A stretch of 64,000 nucleotides of DNA from Candidatus Babeliales bacterium (GCA_963722075.1 CAVRJM010000001.1:768001-832000); one strand, 5' to 3'. Numbered from the stretch's first letter, positions 33,174 through 43,196 are shown. A program made the numbers and translations. Notes: generated by a model from the sequence alone, not told the origin.

Positions 33174-34889
33174 ATGAAAAAAATTGCATTTTTATTTGTT
33201 ATATACTATTTATTTGGTAATAGTGGATTTTTATTATCAGAAACTTTCCTTGAAAACCAAGAAACATATCATTTACATACCGTTTTTTCTTCACCCCAAT
33301 TACAAAAAACATTTGGCTCTTTTTTGAGTCATGTACTCAAGCAAAACTCCCCAGAAGATTGCTATGCAATAATTAATCAGCTCATAGATAAACAGCACCC
33401 ACACCATGATCGCTCTTTGTATAATGCGTTATTGCAAAAAAGAAAGGATTTAAGACCACTTTTCTCTTTTTATACCCAATTAAAGACACTTTTTGAGCAA
33501 AAAGAACTATTAAGCAATCAAGCATCTACTCTTTTAGAATCATATAGTACGTTAGAAGGATGCGTAGAAATTGGAACACCGGGCACCTATGCAAGCGCTT
33601 TACAGAAAATTAAACCCTTTAAAGGACCTTTGTATGTAGTGAATGATAAAAAAAGCTGGCAAGATCCGTTACAGGCATTTTCCTATAATCTTTTTAAAGG
33701 GTGTACCGCATATGATTATTTTGTACCGCTTATTAATTATGAACCTCTTTGTGGTGAAATTCCTGATTCAAGCGTAGATATAGTGATATGTTTTATAGGG
33801 TTACATCATATCCCTTCAGAAAAAATAATTCCCTTCATTACTTCTATTCATCGCGTATTACGGCCAGGGGGCATATTGCTTCTACGGGAACATGATTGCT
33901 ACGATCAAACAATGGAGTCTATAATTTTCACCGCCCATAGCATGTATAACATTCTCATAAGCAATACTTCTTTAGAAGATGAACAGGCAGAAATTAGAAA
34001 TTTTCATCCATTAGATTATTGGATCTCATTACTTAAATCGCAGGGATTTAAGGCATCTTCAGAACGTTTAGTACAAGAAAATGATCCTACGGTAAATACC
34101 ATGGTTATATTTGTTAAAGAGACACAAACAGAAGATGAACAGTTACAAGCTATTTCCCGCCAGTTAAAAGATGATCCAAGTTACCAAATAGATGCGACGC
34201 AAACATATCTTACCTCACCTGAATGGGTTAACGTTGATGCTTCTCAAGAATATGCTTCCTTCATTGAACATACGCCATTTTATAAGTTTCCTTATCTAAA
34301 ACAAATAGATACTTATTGGCAAGTTTTTAAACATTCATGGAAAACGGCACGAAAAAAACAAAGCGCCTTTAAATTAGCAACCTCTTCTTATACCCTGATG
34401 AATCTTTTTGTTGGTATTTTTATGAGTATAGAATATGGGGCAAAAGCATTAATTTCATGGCCTATTGGCAATTTGTATCAGGATGGCAAACCAACTCCTA
34501 TCAAATTATTAGTAAAAGATCCGCGCAATCAGCTTGGCAATGTAGACTCTCGAATCACTATTGTTAAAGAATATCCTGAAAGCTCCTTTGTATTAATTGC
34601 GATGCCACGCAATAAAGAATTTCTGGCAATTATAGAAAAACTCAATAGTACTGATATCACCCTAGAAGAAATTGCTGGTCAAAAAGAAATTCAAATTAAA
34701 GTAAAGGGAACGCCTCAAGACATTTTATTTATAGATCAATCCGGATGTACAGTAGAATATAGTTGGCAGATTCCTACGGATCCAGCGTTTATGTATGCAG
34801 CACTTACCATAGAAATCCACCATCTTAAAGAAATCTTTAAGCAATTAGCAGCTCAAAATATTGCTATAGTTCATATTCATGATTTCTAA
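33174..34889 (+). CDS. Exported class I SAM-dependent methyltransferase-like domain fused to an uncharacterised C-terminal domain
   Basis: VEIGTPG, SVDIVICFIGLHH, RVLRPGG; signal peptide. Confidence 0.7.
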   Translation: MKKIAFLFVIYYLFGNSGFLLSETFLENQETYHLHTVFSSPQLQKTFGSFLSHVLKQNSPEDCYAIINQLIDKQHPHHDRSLYNALLQKRKDLRPLFSFYTQLKTLFEQKELLSNQASTLLESYSTLEGCVEIGTPGTYASALQKIKPFKGPLYVVNDKKSWQDPLQAFSYNLFKGCTAYDYFVPLINYEPLCGEIPDSSVDIVICFIGLHHIPSEKIIPFITSIHRVLRPGGILLLREHDCYDQTMESIIFTAHSMYNILISNTSLEDEQAEIRNFHPLDYWISLLKSQGFKASSERLVQENDPTVNTMVIFVKETQTEDEQLQAISRQLKDDPSYQIDATQTYLTSPEWVNVDASQEYASFIEHTPFYKFPYLKQIDTYWQVFKHSWKTARKKQSAFKLATSSYTLMNLFVGIFMSIEYGAKALISWPIGNLYQDGKPTPIKLLVKDPRNQLGNVDSRITIVKEYPESSFVLIAMPRNKEFLAIIEKLNSTDITLEEIAGQKEIQIKVKGTPQDILFIDQSGCTVEYSWQIPTDPAFMYAALTIEIHHLKEIFKQLAAQNIAIVHIHDF

Positions 34890-34909
34890 GCTGTTTTTTG
34901 TAATTAATT

Positions 34910-35470
34910 TCATTCAGGAAGTTCAAAATGCCACCATGAGCTTCCTTCAGGTTGTACAAAACCTGATTTAGTCATCGCCTCATATAATATGTTTCGATGC
35001 TGTTGTGCTGCTGCAGAAATATCAGTACATGATGCAAGTGATTTTATGGTAATACAATCAAAAGCTGTTGGCATTTCTACTTCTTGTAAGGTAGCATTGT
35101 CTACTAACGTAACATCAACAGCCATGCCACGGGTATGCGCATCTCCCCTATGGGGATCGGTAATATAACGAGCATCTGAAAGTAACCGCCAAATTTTTTC
35201 TAATTGTTCACGCGGTTGAAACGCATCCCATATTTTTAAACCAAAACCTTGCAATTGTAATTGATGCTGTGCTTTTTTTAATGCTTCTATCATGCGTGTA
35301 TCAGCACAGCAAACAAAATCAGCATCATAAATTGGTTCCTGAACAATATTATTTTTAGTGGCATATTGTAAATCAATTATAAGCGAGGGGATTGCTTGTG
35401 AAAGCGGTACCAGCTGAGCAGATAGTGAAGCGACTAATACGAAGGGGATAATTTTAATTAAGTAATTCAT
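34910..35470 (-). CDS. M15D (VanX/DdpX) D-Ala-D-Ala dipeptidase-like protein with degenerate catalytic residues
   Basis: DLQYATKNN, GLKIWDA, HTRGMAVDVTL, MPTAFD, WWHF. Confidence 0.8.
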   Translation of the reverse strand: MNYLIKIIPFVLVASLSAQLVPLSQAIPSLIIDLQYATKNNIVQEPIYDADFVCCADTRMIEALKKAQHQLQLQGFGLKIWDAFQPREQLEKIWRLLSDARYITDPHRGDAHTRGMAVDVTLVDNATLQEVEMPTAFDCITIKSLASCTDISAAAQQHRNILYEAMTKSGFVQPEGSSWWHFELPE

Positions 35471-35770
35471 TTATTCTTCCTTTTTTAATTGTTGATTATA
35501 TTCCATTTCAAGTTTATGCCAAAGCTGTTCTGCATTTCCGCCATTTAAAACCGTATATTCCAAAAAGTCATCATCGAGCGATGTTGCAACAAATTCTTCT
35601 GCCTTAAATTCAAAAATACCGTTAACATTTTTTTTACCCGCTTTATGAAATGCATTTTCAATAGTATCAAATCCATCCTCATCGCTGTAACGACTAATAA
35701 GCAATAAATTTTCCATTGCCGACGTATATAAGGTGGAAAAAAGAATTATAAAAAGAAAAAGATACTTCAT
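35471..35770 (-). CDS. Small exported acidic protein (signal + AME)
   Basis: MKYLFLF start with AGGAG RBS. Confidence 0.65.
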   Translation of the reverse strand: MKYLFLFIILFSTLYTSAMENLLLISRYSDEDGFDTIENAFHKAGKKNVNGIFEFKAEEFVATSLDDDFLEYTVLNGGNAEQLWHKLEMEYNQQLKKEE

Positions 35771-35888
35771 TGGGCAACTCCTTTTATAGAACAATTATGG
35801 TTACATAATGTAACTATAAAAAATGCATTACACAATGAATTAGATAAAAAGGTATGATTATTTTATTAGAATATTCTTTTATTTAAAA

Positions 35889-36242
35889 TTACCAACGCAT
35901 GTTTCGATAATAATAACCATCTTGAATCACGCTGCGAAAATAATTACGGTGACGATTAGTGAATGAACTGTAGGTAGGATGTATCGTTCTTTGAGTTGGT
36001 TGATATCCATAGGGAACAACTTGTTCATTATCAGGTATTTCTGAATAGCGTTCATATAAAAATGGTATATTGTATACATCTCTATTTTCCGTATCTATGC
36101 GAAGAGCACTTTTTCGCCATGCTGGATTATTATAATCTACAAAAGGATCTCCATCATGCCATTCATTGTCAACGGCATACATTGATGATAATGAGTGACT
36201 TAAGCATATTATGAGAATAAATATAGATATTTTTTTGAACAT
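35889..36242 (-). CDS. Small exported hypothetical protein
   Basis: MFKKIS start with GAGG RBS; signal peptide. Confidence 0.65.
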   Translation of the reverse strand: MFKKISIFILIICLSHSLSSMYAVDNEWHDGDPFVDYNNPAWRKSALRIDTENRDVYNIPFLYERYSEIPDNEQVVPYGYQPTQRTIHPTYSSFTNRHRNYFRSVIQDGYYYRNMRW

Positions 36243-36400
36243 TATAACCTCAATTATCAGAAATTTATGTAATGATCTCCAGGAGAAAATCATTCATTAT
36301 TATATATAATAGTAGCAAAAACAAGCTTTAAAACGCAATAGATTTGATTGGCAGGGCAAATGCATTTAAAATATCGAATTCAAAAGAGTTCAATAAAATG

Positions 36401-36616
36401 CTGGATTGCTTCGATCCGTCTTCGTTAAAACTACGCCGGACAGGCGTGCTATTCTTGACGGAATCCGGCGAAGCCCTGGCGAAGTCGGACGCACTCGCAA
36501 CGACGTTTTTTGCTTTAGGCTATCGTCGTCCCGATCCAGCCTTCGCCTATAGGCTTCGGCGGGACAAGGCGTCGTGGGGACCTGGGCGTCAAAGCTTTTA
36601 GCGTAGTCGCCTCCAG
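36401..36616. repeat. Composite (nested) palindromic element, copy B
   Basis: Both REP-like arms carry a second GC-rich hairpin motif inserted in their loops. Confidence 0.7.
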
Positions 36617-36815
36617 GCTAAATTAATATGATTTAATTTTTTTTAGCTTAAATACTTATCATTTGATGCATTTGCCCTGTAGGTAGGACAAAGTACACCA
36701 ATTATTTACACTGTAGCTATTTTTGATGCTTTTGAAAACTTTGTAAAATTTATACTCGAAGTCTAAAACATAATAGTATATGAAGTGATCCAGACCTTTT
36801 AAATTCTGAAATATA

Positions 36816-37493
36816 TTAATCCTCAAATGCCAAATGGATGCCGAATTTAATCCATATAACCTTCCATGCTTCATTACCAAATTTTGTAATAAAATTTTTA
36901 AATTCGTCAGTCTCATTTAATGTTTCATAAATTTTTGAAATTACATTTGTATTTTTAAAAGTACTCAATATAGAATAGAGTTCATCTGCAATTTCATCCT
37001 GATCATCTTCAGTTAACGGAGCCGCTCTTTTCATGTTTTCAACTAATATTTCTTTAATTTGTTCTACCAAGGAAGGAACAATAATCTTATCTATTAACTG
37101 TTGTACATCATTATTAGCTTTCAATTTATCTGAAAGCTTATATTGATCTTCTACTGGTAATGTTGCCATACTTTCGATTATTTGATTCCAATCGTGTTGA
37201 TATTTTTTTGCTACTTCTTCTTTACTTTTTCCTTCTGAATAAACCTTGAGCAGTTCTCTTACCAAGTTTATAGCCTTATTATAAACTGCATCAACAGCTA
37301 ATTTTTTTTGCTGCGTTGAAGGGGGAAAAGGCCCCGGTCTTTTTACTTCTGAAGGTTTTTTTGGGCCTGTCAATTGAATATGCAATTGTTCAATTTTTCC
37401 TTTTAATGATTGTAAATCAGTAAATAGCTCAGCTTCAATAAAAGAGCTCATAAGTAGTACGGTAATTAAAATTTCATACTTCATCAATTTCAC
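36816..37493 (-). CDS. Exported helical hypothetical protein, paralog of 37778..38656
   Basis: Signal + leucine heptad; shared C-terminal E[FY]KNFxxKF..IW. Confidence 0.7.
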   Translation of the reverse strand: MKLMKYEILITVLLMSSFIEAELFTDLQSLKGKIEQLHIQLTGPKKPSEVKRPGPFPPSTQQKKLAVDAVYNKAINLVRELLKVYSEGKSKEEVAKKYQHDWNQIIESMATLPVEDQYKLSDKLKANNDVQQLIDKIIVPSLVEQIKEILVENMKRAAPLTEDDQDEIADELYSILSTFKNTNVISKIYETLNETDEFKNFITKFGNEAWKVIWIKFGIHLAFED

Positions 37494-37628
37494 CTTTCAA
37501 AATCTTTTCAAGCAAATTATTTTTATCGTAGTTATTTTACCTTATCCCGGTCAATAAATTTAGGTTTTGTTGAGTTTTATATCTTTAATTGCTTACTAAA
37601 TACTCAATTGATGTAAATTATTAAGGGA

Positions 37629-37710
37629 CGTCGTTGCGAGCTTGTCGAAGCAATCCAGGTTTTCTTGAAAATTTTAGCCTGGATCACCACGCCTTCGGCT
37701 CGTGACGACG
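37629..37710. repeat. REP/RPE-like palindromic element, copy C
   Basis: CGTCGTTGCGAG..CGAAGCAATCCAGG / CCTGGATCACCACG..CTCGTGACGACG. Confidence 0.8.
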
Positions 37711-37777
37711 GCTTTTTCCCAATATAATCATTTTTCAAAAGCACAACGGACCCTAGACTTCTCTAATTCTATTGAGC

Positions 37778-38656
37778 TTAATATAAACTTTTAACGGTTG
37801 CCCAGATTCTTTGCGCTTGCTCTCTAAACTTATACATAAAATTCTTATACTCTCTCGTATGTTCTATCGCCCTCATTATTTCATAAACAAGCTTAGTATC
37901 ATTCTTAGGCAGCTTTCCTTTTATTATGCTAATTATATTGTTAATCTGCACTTCACTAATAGGATATGCCACCTTTTGCAGAGAATTTAAATATTTTTTC
38001 AGGTCATTATAGGAATTAATCAGCTTATCAAATTTTTGCAGTTCTTTATTGGTACTACTTTTTTCACCAAACCGTTGCGTAAATTGTTGCATATCTTCTG
38101 CTGTAAATTGCCTCATTTTTGGTTTATAAGAATTTGTTATTTGTAAAGCGTCCTGCTTACTTATAACCTTAATTTCATCAAGGGTTAATTCATGGCTCCT
38201 AAATTGCGTCACTAAGCTTTTTGCAACTTCAGCCAATTCATTTACCATAGCATCAGCTATTTTTTCAATTGGTCCTTGCTGCTCTTCAAACGCTTTGGTT
38301 ACTAACGCAACTATTTTTTTTTGATCATTTTTATTAAAATGCATTTTAACGTAATTGGAATATCGGCGGTCCATTTCTTGTAACGCCTTGCTATATGCTT
38401 CTAAATCGATTGCAGCATGTGCATATTTTTCCTTTAATTTCTCAACTTTTTTTATCATTTTTTGAGAAATCATATCAGCAACCTGTTGAACTTCTATAAC
38501 ACTTTTATTGGGCAATCCTGATTTTGATACTGATATAAGTTTAGTTTCTAAATCCCGTAATGATTCCTTAAGCGATTCTAAATGAGCGCCTATATCAGCA
38601 TGGATTGAAAAAATAGTACCTAAAATTAAAATACCGTAGAGAAAATAAGACTTCAT
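37778..38656 (-). CDS. Exported helical hypothetical protein
   Basis: Signal + LESLKESLRDLETKL; paralog of the neighbour. Confidence 0.7.
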   Translation of the reverse strand: MKSYFLYGILILGTIFSIHADIGAHLESLKESLRDLETKLISVSKSGLPNKSVIEVQQVADMISQKMIKKVEKLKEKYAHAAIDLEAYSKALQEMDRRYSNYVKMHFNKNDQKKIVALVTKAFEEQQGPIEKIADAMVNELAEVAKSLVTQFRSHELTLDEIKVISKQDALQITNSYKPKMRQFTAEDMQQFTQRFGEKSSTNKELQKFDKLINSYNDLKKYLNSLQKVAYPISEVQINNIISIIKGKLPKNDTKLVYEIMRAIEHTREYKNFMYKFREQAQRIWATVKSLY

Positions 38657-38715
38657 ACATATCCCCTTTATATATAATGTTATATTACCGGGATATTATC
38701 TTGTTAGTAAAGTGT

Positions 38716-39741
38716 TTAATAACGTAGCTGCTCTAAAAGAGCTGCACCTTGCGCTGCTAAGTGCGAATCATGAGAAAGATTGTATTTTTGGTAAAAGGCA
38801 TGAACTATTACTTTATAAAGATGCGTGTCATGAATGTCATCTTTTAAATATGCTGAATGGCCTGAATTTTCTAAGGGCAATAAATATAAGTCACGTAGCC
38901 CGTTTTTCTTCAAGACATCACACAATTCACGCGTACGATCGATAGGAACTAATAAATCGCGGGAAGAACCGACAAAAAGAATTGGTATGTTATAGATGTT
39001 ACACATTGCTACAAATGCTTTGGCCACCGCTGGATGTAAGGGAGAAATGCCATTATATTTATAGAGCGTTCCTAACGAAATTAAAAAACTAAAATGAGTT
39101 AATTGATCAAGCGATCCATAACATCCCTCAAGCACTAGTGCTCTTACTTTTTTACAGCTTTTTTTAACATATTCTAACGCCATAAAGTTAATAAGTGTTA
39201 CCGCGCCGCGAGAGGTGCCAAATAATACTATATCTTCGGCATCCTCGTGATAATCGCAATATCGATCATATAGACTTGAAAAACGAACAACATCAGGTAA
39301 TTGACCAAAATTCATCTTAAATATATTTAATAGATACGGATCTAAAGTTAAGCCATTTTTTGGCTCGCCTTCAATTGAAATTTGATAGCGGTTATTACTT
39401 GTTGTGAGAATTGAATGGGCCGTTTTATAGATCTGATTTAATAGAAGTGCATACGGCATCCAAGATTTTTGTACATACAATAGCAATGCTAATTTTACTA
39501 ATGAAATTTCAGCAAAATTACACCCATGAGTATATGGCCCATTGATGAGTTCATTACCATGCTGAGTAACAATCTTTTGCCCGGTTGAAGCAGTATATTC
39601 TAAGCAGTATTTGCCTGCTTGATGCTCTGAAGAAATAATCCCTGGAGCAAAAAGATAGGTATTATATGGTTGTGTCCATTGGTTGGCAATCACCCCATTA
39701 TTCATTACTAGCAATCCCAACATTATTACAATGTTTAGCAA
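38716..39741 (-). CDS. Exported alpha/beta hydrolase
   Basis: GTSRGA nucleophile elbow, DLLVP acid and SGHS His. Confidence 0.75.
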   Translation of the reverse strand: MLNIVIMLGLLVMNNGVIANQWTQPYNTYLFAPGIISSEHQAGKYCLEYTASTGQKIVTQHGNELINGPYTHGCNFAEISLVKLALLLYVQKSWMPYALLLNQIYKTAHSILTTSNNRYQISIEGEPKNGLTLDPYLLNIFKMNFGQLPDVVRFSSLYDRYCDYHEDAEDIVLFGTSRGAVTLINFMALEYVKKSCKKVRALVLEGCYGSLDQLTHFSFLISLGTLYKYNGISPLHPAVAKAFVAMCNIYNIPILFVGSSRDLLVPIDRTRELCDVLKKNGLRDLYLLPLENSGHSAYLKDDIHDTHLYKVIVHAFYQKYNLSHDSHLAAQGAALLEQLRY

Positions 39742-40352
39742 TTTTTAAATTTTCCCCAGAGACGTGTATAAATTCTCTCTGCTTTTTCCTTAAGTTCCGT
39801 TTTTTTATTCCATTTGTTATTACCAGTATTCCTAAAAGTATAGAAATCTGTTACTAAATTTATCAATTGCTGATCTTTAGTAAAGTATATTGTTTGACAT
39901 TTGTTGGCATGCTCCAGCGCGGCATCTTTACTATTTTGATCCTTTTTCTTAAGATCATCTTTAATTATATTATTAATTTTTCGACGTTCTTCACTCTGTG
40001 TATTCCACCAACATTTAAAATTTTTATTTAAGTAATAACCGCCAAAGAAGGCACCAATTAAAGCTGCTGCAGACCACCCTTGGCCATTATAAATCGCTTT
40101 ACCCATTTTACCTAACCCACTTATTGGTTTGATAGTAAATGTCACTTTATCATCAAGCCATTGCATCCAACCCATTCCTTGGGTATTAGTGTTAAAAGTT
40201 AACGAACTAAGCGGTACCGTTATTTTAGCCACTACGGAAGCACTAGTTGGTGACGGTAACGAATCAAACCAGGACATCCATACTGATGCCTGTAATGATA
40301 AACCACTCGTGCAAAATAATAAAAGAAAAGAAAGAGATTTGATAAATTTCAT
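39735..40352 (-). CDS. Exported/membrane hypothetical protein
   Basis: MKFIKS start after GGAGG; signal peptide and an internal TM segment. Confidence 0.65.
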   Translation of the reverse strand: MKFIKSLSFLLLFCTSGLSLQASVWMSWFDSLPSPTSASVVAKITVPLSSLTFNTNTQGMGWMQWLDDKVTFTIKPISGLGKMGKAIYNGQGWSAAALIGAFFGGYYLNKNFKCWWNTQSEERRKINNIIKDDLKKKDQNSKDAALEHANKCQTIYFTKDQQLINLVTDFYTFRNTGNNKWNKKTELKEKAERIYTRLWGKFKNC

Positions 40353-40587
40353 GAAATCCTCCATTTAACGCGTAAGAACGCATATTCCATATATATTTTA
40401 TATTAAAATGTCTCAAGAAATTGTCAATCAATTTTACAGGTTTAATTCTATTAATTATTTTGAAAGAGATATACTAAATATATATTGCAAAATGAATTAA
40501 TTGCTTCCCCGAGCACATAATAGTGGGGAATATGCATAGGACGCCATAAACAGTAAAAAAATAACTATTTTTTCTTATAGTATTTAT

Positions 40588-40616
40588 TTGACAAAAGTTA
40601 CAATTTGTCTTATCTT
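40588..40616 (+). promoter_or_regulatory. Sigma70-type promoter of the DEAD-box helicase gene
   Basis: TTGACA-17 nt-TATCTT. Confidence 0.6.
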
Positions 40617-40622
40617 AGTAGT

Positions 40623-40806
40623 AAATCCTATGAAGGCGCACAGACGGTATGCCCTTCGGGGTATACAGTAAAAAGCGTTAAAAAACACCTTATGGACTTC
40701 TTTCAAGCTATCCGCCGTCACAGCGTGCATTTAGTTGGCAACATTCAATCTAAAAGCCTTGCTTTTAAGCTCGAAAACCATAAGCCTATTATAGGATATA
40801 TTTCTT
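40623..40806 (+). promoter_or_regulatory. Long structured 5' leader (candidate cis-regulatory RNA)
   Basis: cUUCGg hairpin at 40647..40666; 5' ATCCTAT complementary to SD-containing ATAGGAT at 40791..40797. Confidence 0.45.
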
Positions 40807-42510
40807 ATGACATTCAGAAATCTTTCTTTAGCACCTAATATTGCTAAAGCCTTGGAAACCTTAGGTTTTGAAAAACCCACAGAAATTCAAAGCAAAGCCA
40901 TTCCTTTATTATTAACCGGTAAAAAGGTTGATTTTCATGGTCAGGCTCAAACAGGCACCGGTAAAACCTTAGCCTTTGGTATTCCTTTAATACAAACTAT
41001 TGATGAAACTAATAAAACAACCCAAGCGTTGATTGTGGCGCCTACCCGTGAACTTGTAGTACAGATTTGCCAAAGCCTAAAGAGCGTTGCCCAATTTACT
41101 TCTATTTCTATAGAAGCTATTTATGGTGGCGTTTCTATGGACGAACAAATTAGAAACCTTAGAAAAGGTGTTCATATTGTAGTTGGTACACCAGGTCGCC
41201 TTAATGATCATTTACGCCGTAAAACCTTAAATTTGAGCGGATTAAAAACGCTTGTGCTTGATGAAGCAGATATTATGCTTGATATGGGCTTTAAAGAAGA
41301 AGTGGATGAAATTTTAAAATTCGCTTCTAACGATCGCCAAATCTGGCTTTTCTCTGCAACGGTAAAAGCTGGTATTCATGATATTATGCACCAGCATATG
41401 AAGAATCCCATTTCAGTACGCGTAAGCCAACAAAATGTAGGAACATCAAATACTAAACAATTTTTCGCGGTAGTTCCTATGAAAGACCGCGTTGCTGGTT
41501 TAAGTAGATTTATTGACAGCGTACCAGAATTCTATGGTTTTATTTTCTGCCAAACAAAACTTTTAACGGCAGAAGTTGCTGAACATTTAATGCGACGCGG
41601 CTATAAAGCTAATGCATTGCATGGTGATATGAGCCAAGTACAGCGAAATCGCGTTATTAAGCGCTTCAAGCAAAAAGAGTTTACCATTTTAGTAGCAACT
41701 GACGTGGCAGCGCGTGGTATTGACGTTGCCGATTTAACCCACGTTATCAACTATTCATTACCTGATGATCAAGAAAGCTATGTACACCGTATTGGTAGAA
41801 CAGGCAGAGCAGGTAAGGAAGGGGTGGCAATTACTTTTGTAAACCAAAGTGAAGTGCGTCACGTTGCATCATTACAACGTAAATTTAAAGTTACCATTAA
41901 CCCGCTTGAAGTACCTACTGCTGAAACTATTGCGCACGTACGAATTACCCAAGCATCAGATTTTTTAAAGACAGCAATTAACCCTGAGCATAAATCTTCT
42001 TATTACGCACAGCTTATTGATCTGGTACAGAAGTACTCACATCATGAACTGGCCAACGCTATAACTTCTTTTTTAGATGAGAAGTTCCTCAAATACTTAC
42101 ATAATGATAATGAGATTGCTTTTAGCTCTGCTGCACAGGCTTTACAACGAAATAATAATAATTCCGATGTACAGGAAATTTATTTAAATGTAGGAACTGA
42201 TGATGGCCTTGAGAAACAAGATATTATTGCCTTCTTAACCAAGCAAGGTGGTATTCAAGAGAATCAATGTGAAAAAATCAAGGTTATTAAAAGACGTACC
42301 TTTATTGTGGTACCCGCTGAAATGGTCTATTCAATCAAATCTGCTTTAAATGGCCAATCATTGGGTGGAAGAAAAGTGCGCGTTGATATCGCTCATGATG
42401 ATTCATTTAATGGTGGTTCAAAAAAACGTGATTCATTTAGCAGAGGCAGACGCGATAGAAGATCTCGTGGTGGAAGATCCACACATAAAAAAGAATATTC
42501 ATACGCATAA
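40807..42510 (+). CDS. deaD: DEAD-box RNA helicase (DeaD/CshA type, DbpA-like RNA-binding domain)
   Basis: Q motif, AQTGTGKT, PTREL, TPGR, DEAD, SAT, ARGID, HRIGRTGR; RG-rich tail. Confidence 0.9.
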   Translation: MTFRNLSLAPNIAKALETLGFEKPTEIQSKAIPLLLTGKKVDFHGQAQTGTGKTLAFGIPLIQTIDETNKTTQALIVAPTRELVVQICQSLKSVAQFTSISIEAIYGGVSMDEQIRNLRKGVHIVVGTPGRLNDHLRRKTLNLSGLKTLVLDEADIMLDMGFKEEVDEILKFASNDRQIWLFSATVKAGIHDIMHQHMKNPISVRVSQQNVGTSNTKQFFAVVPMKDRVAGLSRFIDSVPEFYGFIFCQTKLLTAEVAEHLMRRGYKANALHGDMSQVQRNRVIKRFKQKEFTILVATDVAARGIDVADLTHVINYSLPDDQESYVHRIGRTGRAGKEGVAITFVNQSEVRHVASLQRKFKVTINPLEVPTAETIAHVRITQASDFLKTAINPEHKSSYYAQLIDLVQKYSHHELANAITSFLDEKFLKYLHNDNEIAFSSAAQALQRNNNNSDVQEIYLNVGTDDGLEKQDIIAFLTKQGGIQENQCEKIKVIKRRTFIVVPAEMVYSIKSALNGQSLGGRKVRVDIAHDDSFNGGSKKRDSFSRGRRDRRSRGGRSTHKKEYSYA

Positions 42511-42539
42511 TTTGGTTACAATCTAAATGGGAGGATGAT

Positions 42540-43091
42540 ATGAGAAAGTTATCTTTATTATTATTGATGGGAATCTTTGCCAGTAATGTTACTGCGATGC
42601 AAACTCATCGGAATAAATCATGGGTACATTCCATACTGTCCTTGCCTATTTTTTATCCTGCTGCTTTTTCATTAGCAGGCATTGGGTACTGTTTATATAA
42701 GCCGGAAAGCGTTAAAGCGAGTTGGCATTATATAAAGGAAATTCCTTTTCCTATTACATGTGCTTTATTAACAGCTACAAGCTGCTTATTAATTGATCGA
42801 TTACTCCATAAAAAAAATTATGAAGTAGATATAAAAAGAATTAATGCTGAGTTTCAAAATCATAAAGATAAAAGAAAAATTGTCAGCAGACGAACAGAAG
42901 TAATTATTACTGAATTCGCAAATCAACTGGCACGCATGGAATCGCGGTTAAATAGACTTGATAAAACGGTGAGCGAACTTGACCAACTAAATAATCTCTA
43001 TAAAGATACTGCAAAAGCACACCCAGGACTCTTTGAAAACAATATGCAGCCAGGCTGGCAAGAAGCATTACAGACAATCACTCAAAATTAG
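42540..43091 (+). CDS. Exported/membrane protein with two hydrophobic segments and a coiled coil (signal + AMQ)
   Basis: GGAGG RBS; hydropathy pattern. Confidence 0.7.
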   Translation: MRKLSLLLLMGIFASNVTAMQTHRNKSWVHSILSLPIFYPAAFSLAGIGYCLYKPESVKASWHYIKEIPFPITCALLTATSCLLIDRLLHKKNYEVDIKRINAEFQNHKDKRKIVSRRTEVIITEFANQLARMESRLNRLDKTVSELDQLNNLYKDTAKAHPGLFENNMQPGWQEALQTITQN

Positions 43092-43115
43092 TAATAAGAT
43101 ATTTGATTCACTAAA

Positions 43116-43196
43116 CTGGATCACCACGTCGCTTCGCTCCTCGTGACGACGTGTGTCGAGAAAAAGCTGTCGTTGCGAGCTTGCGAAGCAATCCAG
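43116..43196. repeat. REP/RPE-like palindromic element, copy D
   Basis: CTGGATCACCACG..CTCGTGACGAC / GTCGTTGCGAG..CGAAGCAATCCAG. Confidence 0.8.

Noticed and set aside
36344..36601. 85-aa ORF across the nested repeat
   Set aside because: Reading frame is a by-product of the GC-rich palindromes; no RBS or protein features.
40605..40838. 77-aa ORF upstream of the helicase as a leader peptide
   Set aside because: Its TTG start lies inside the predicted promoter spacer, so it would not be on the transcript.
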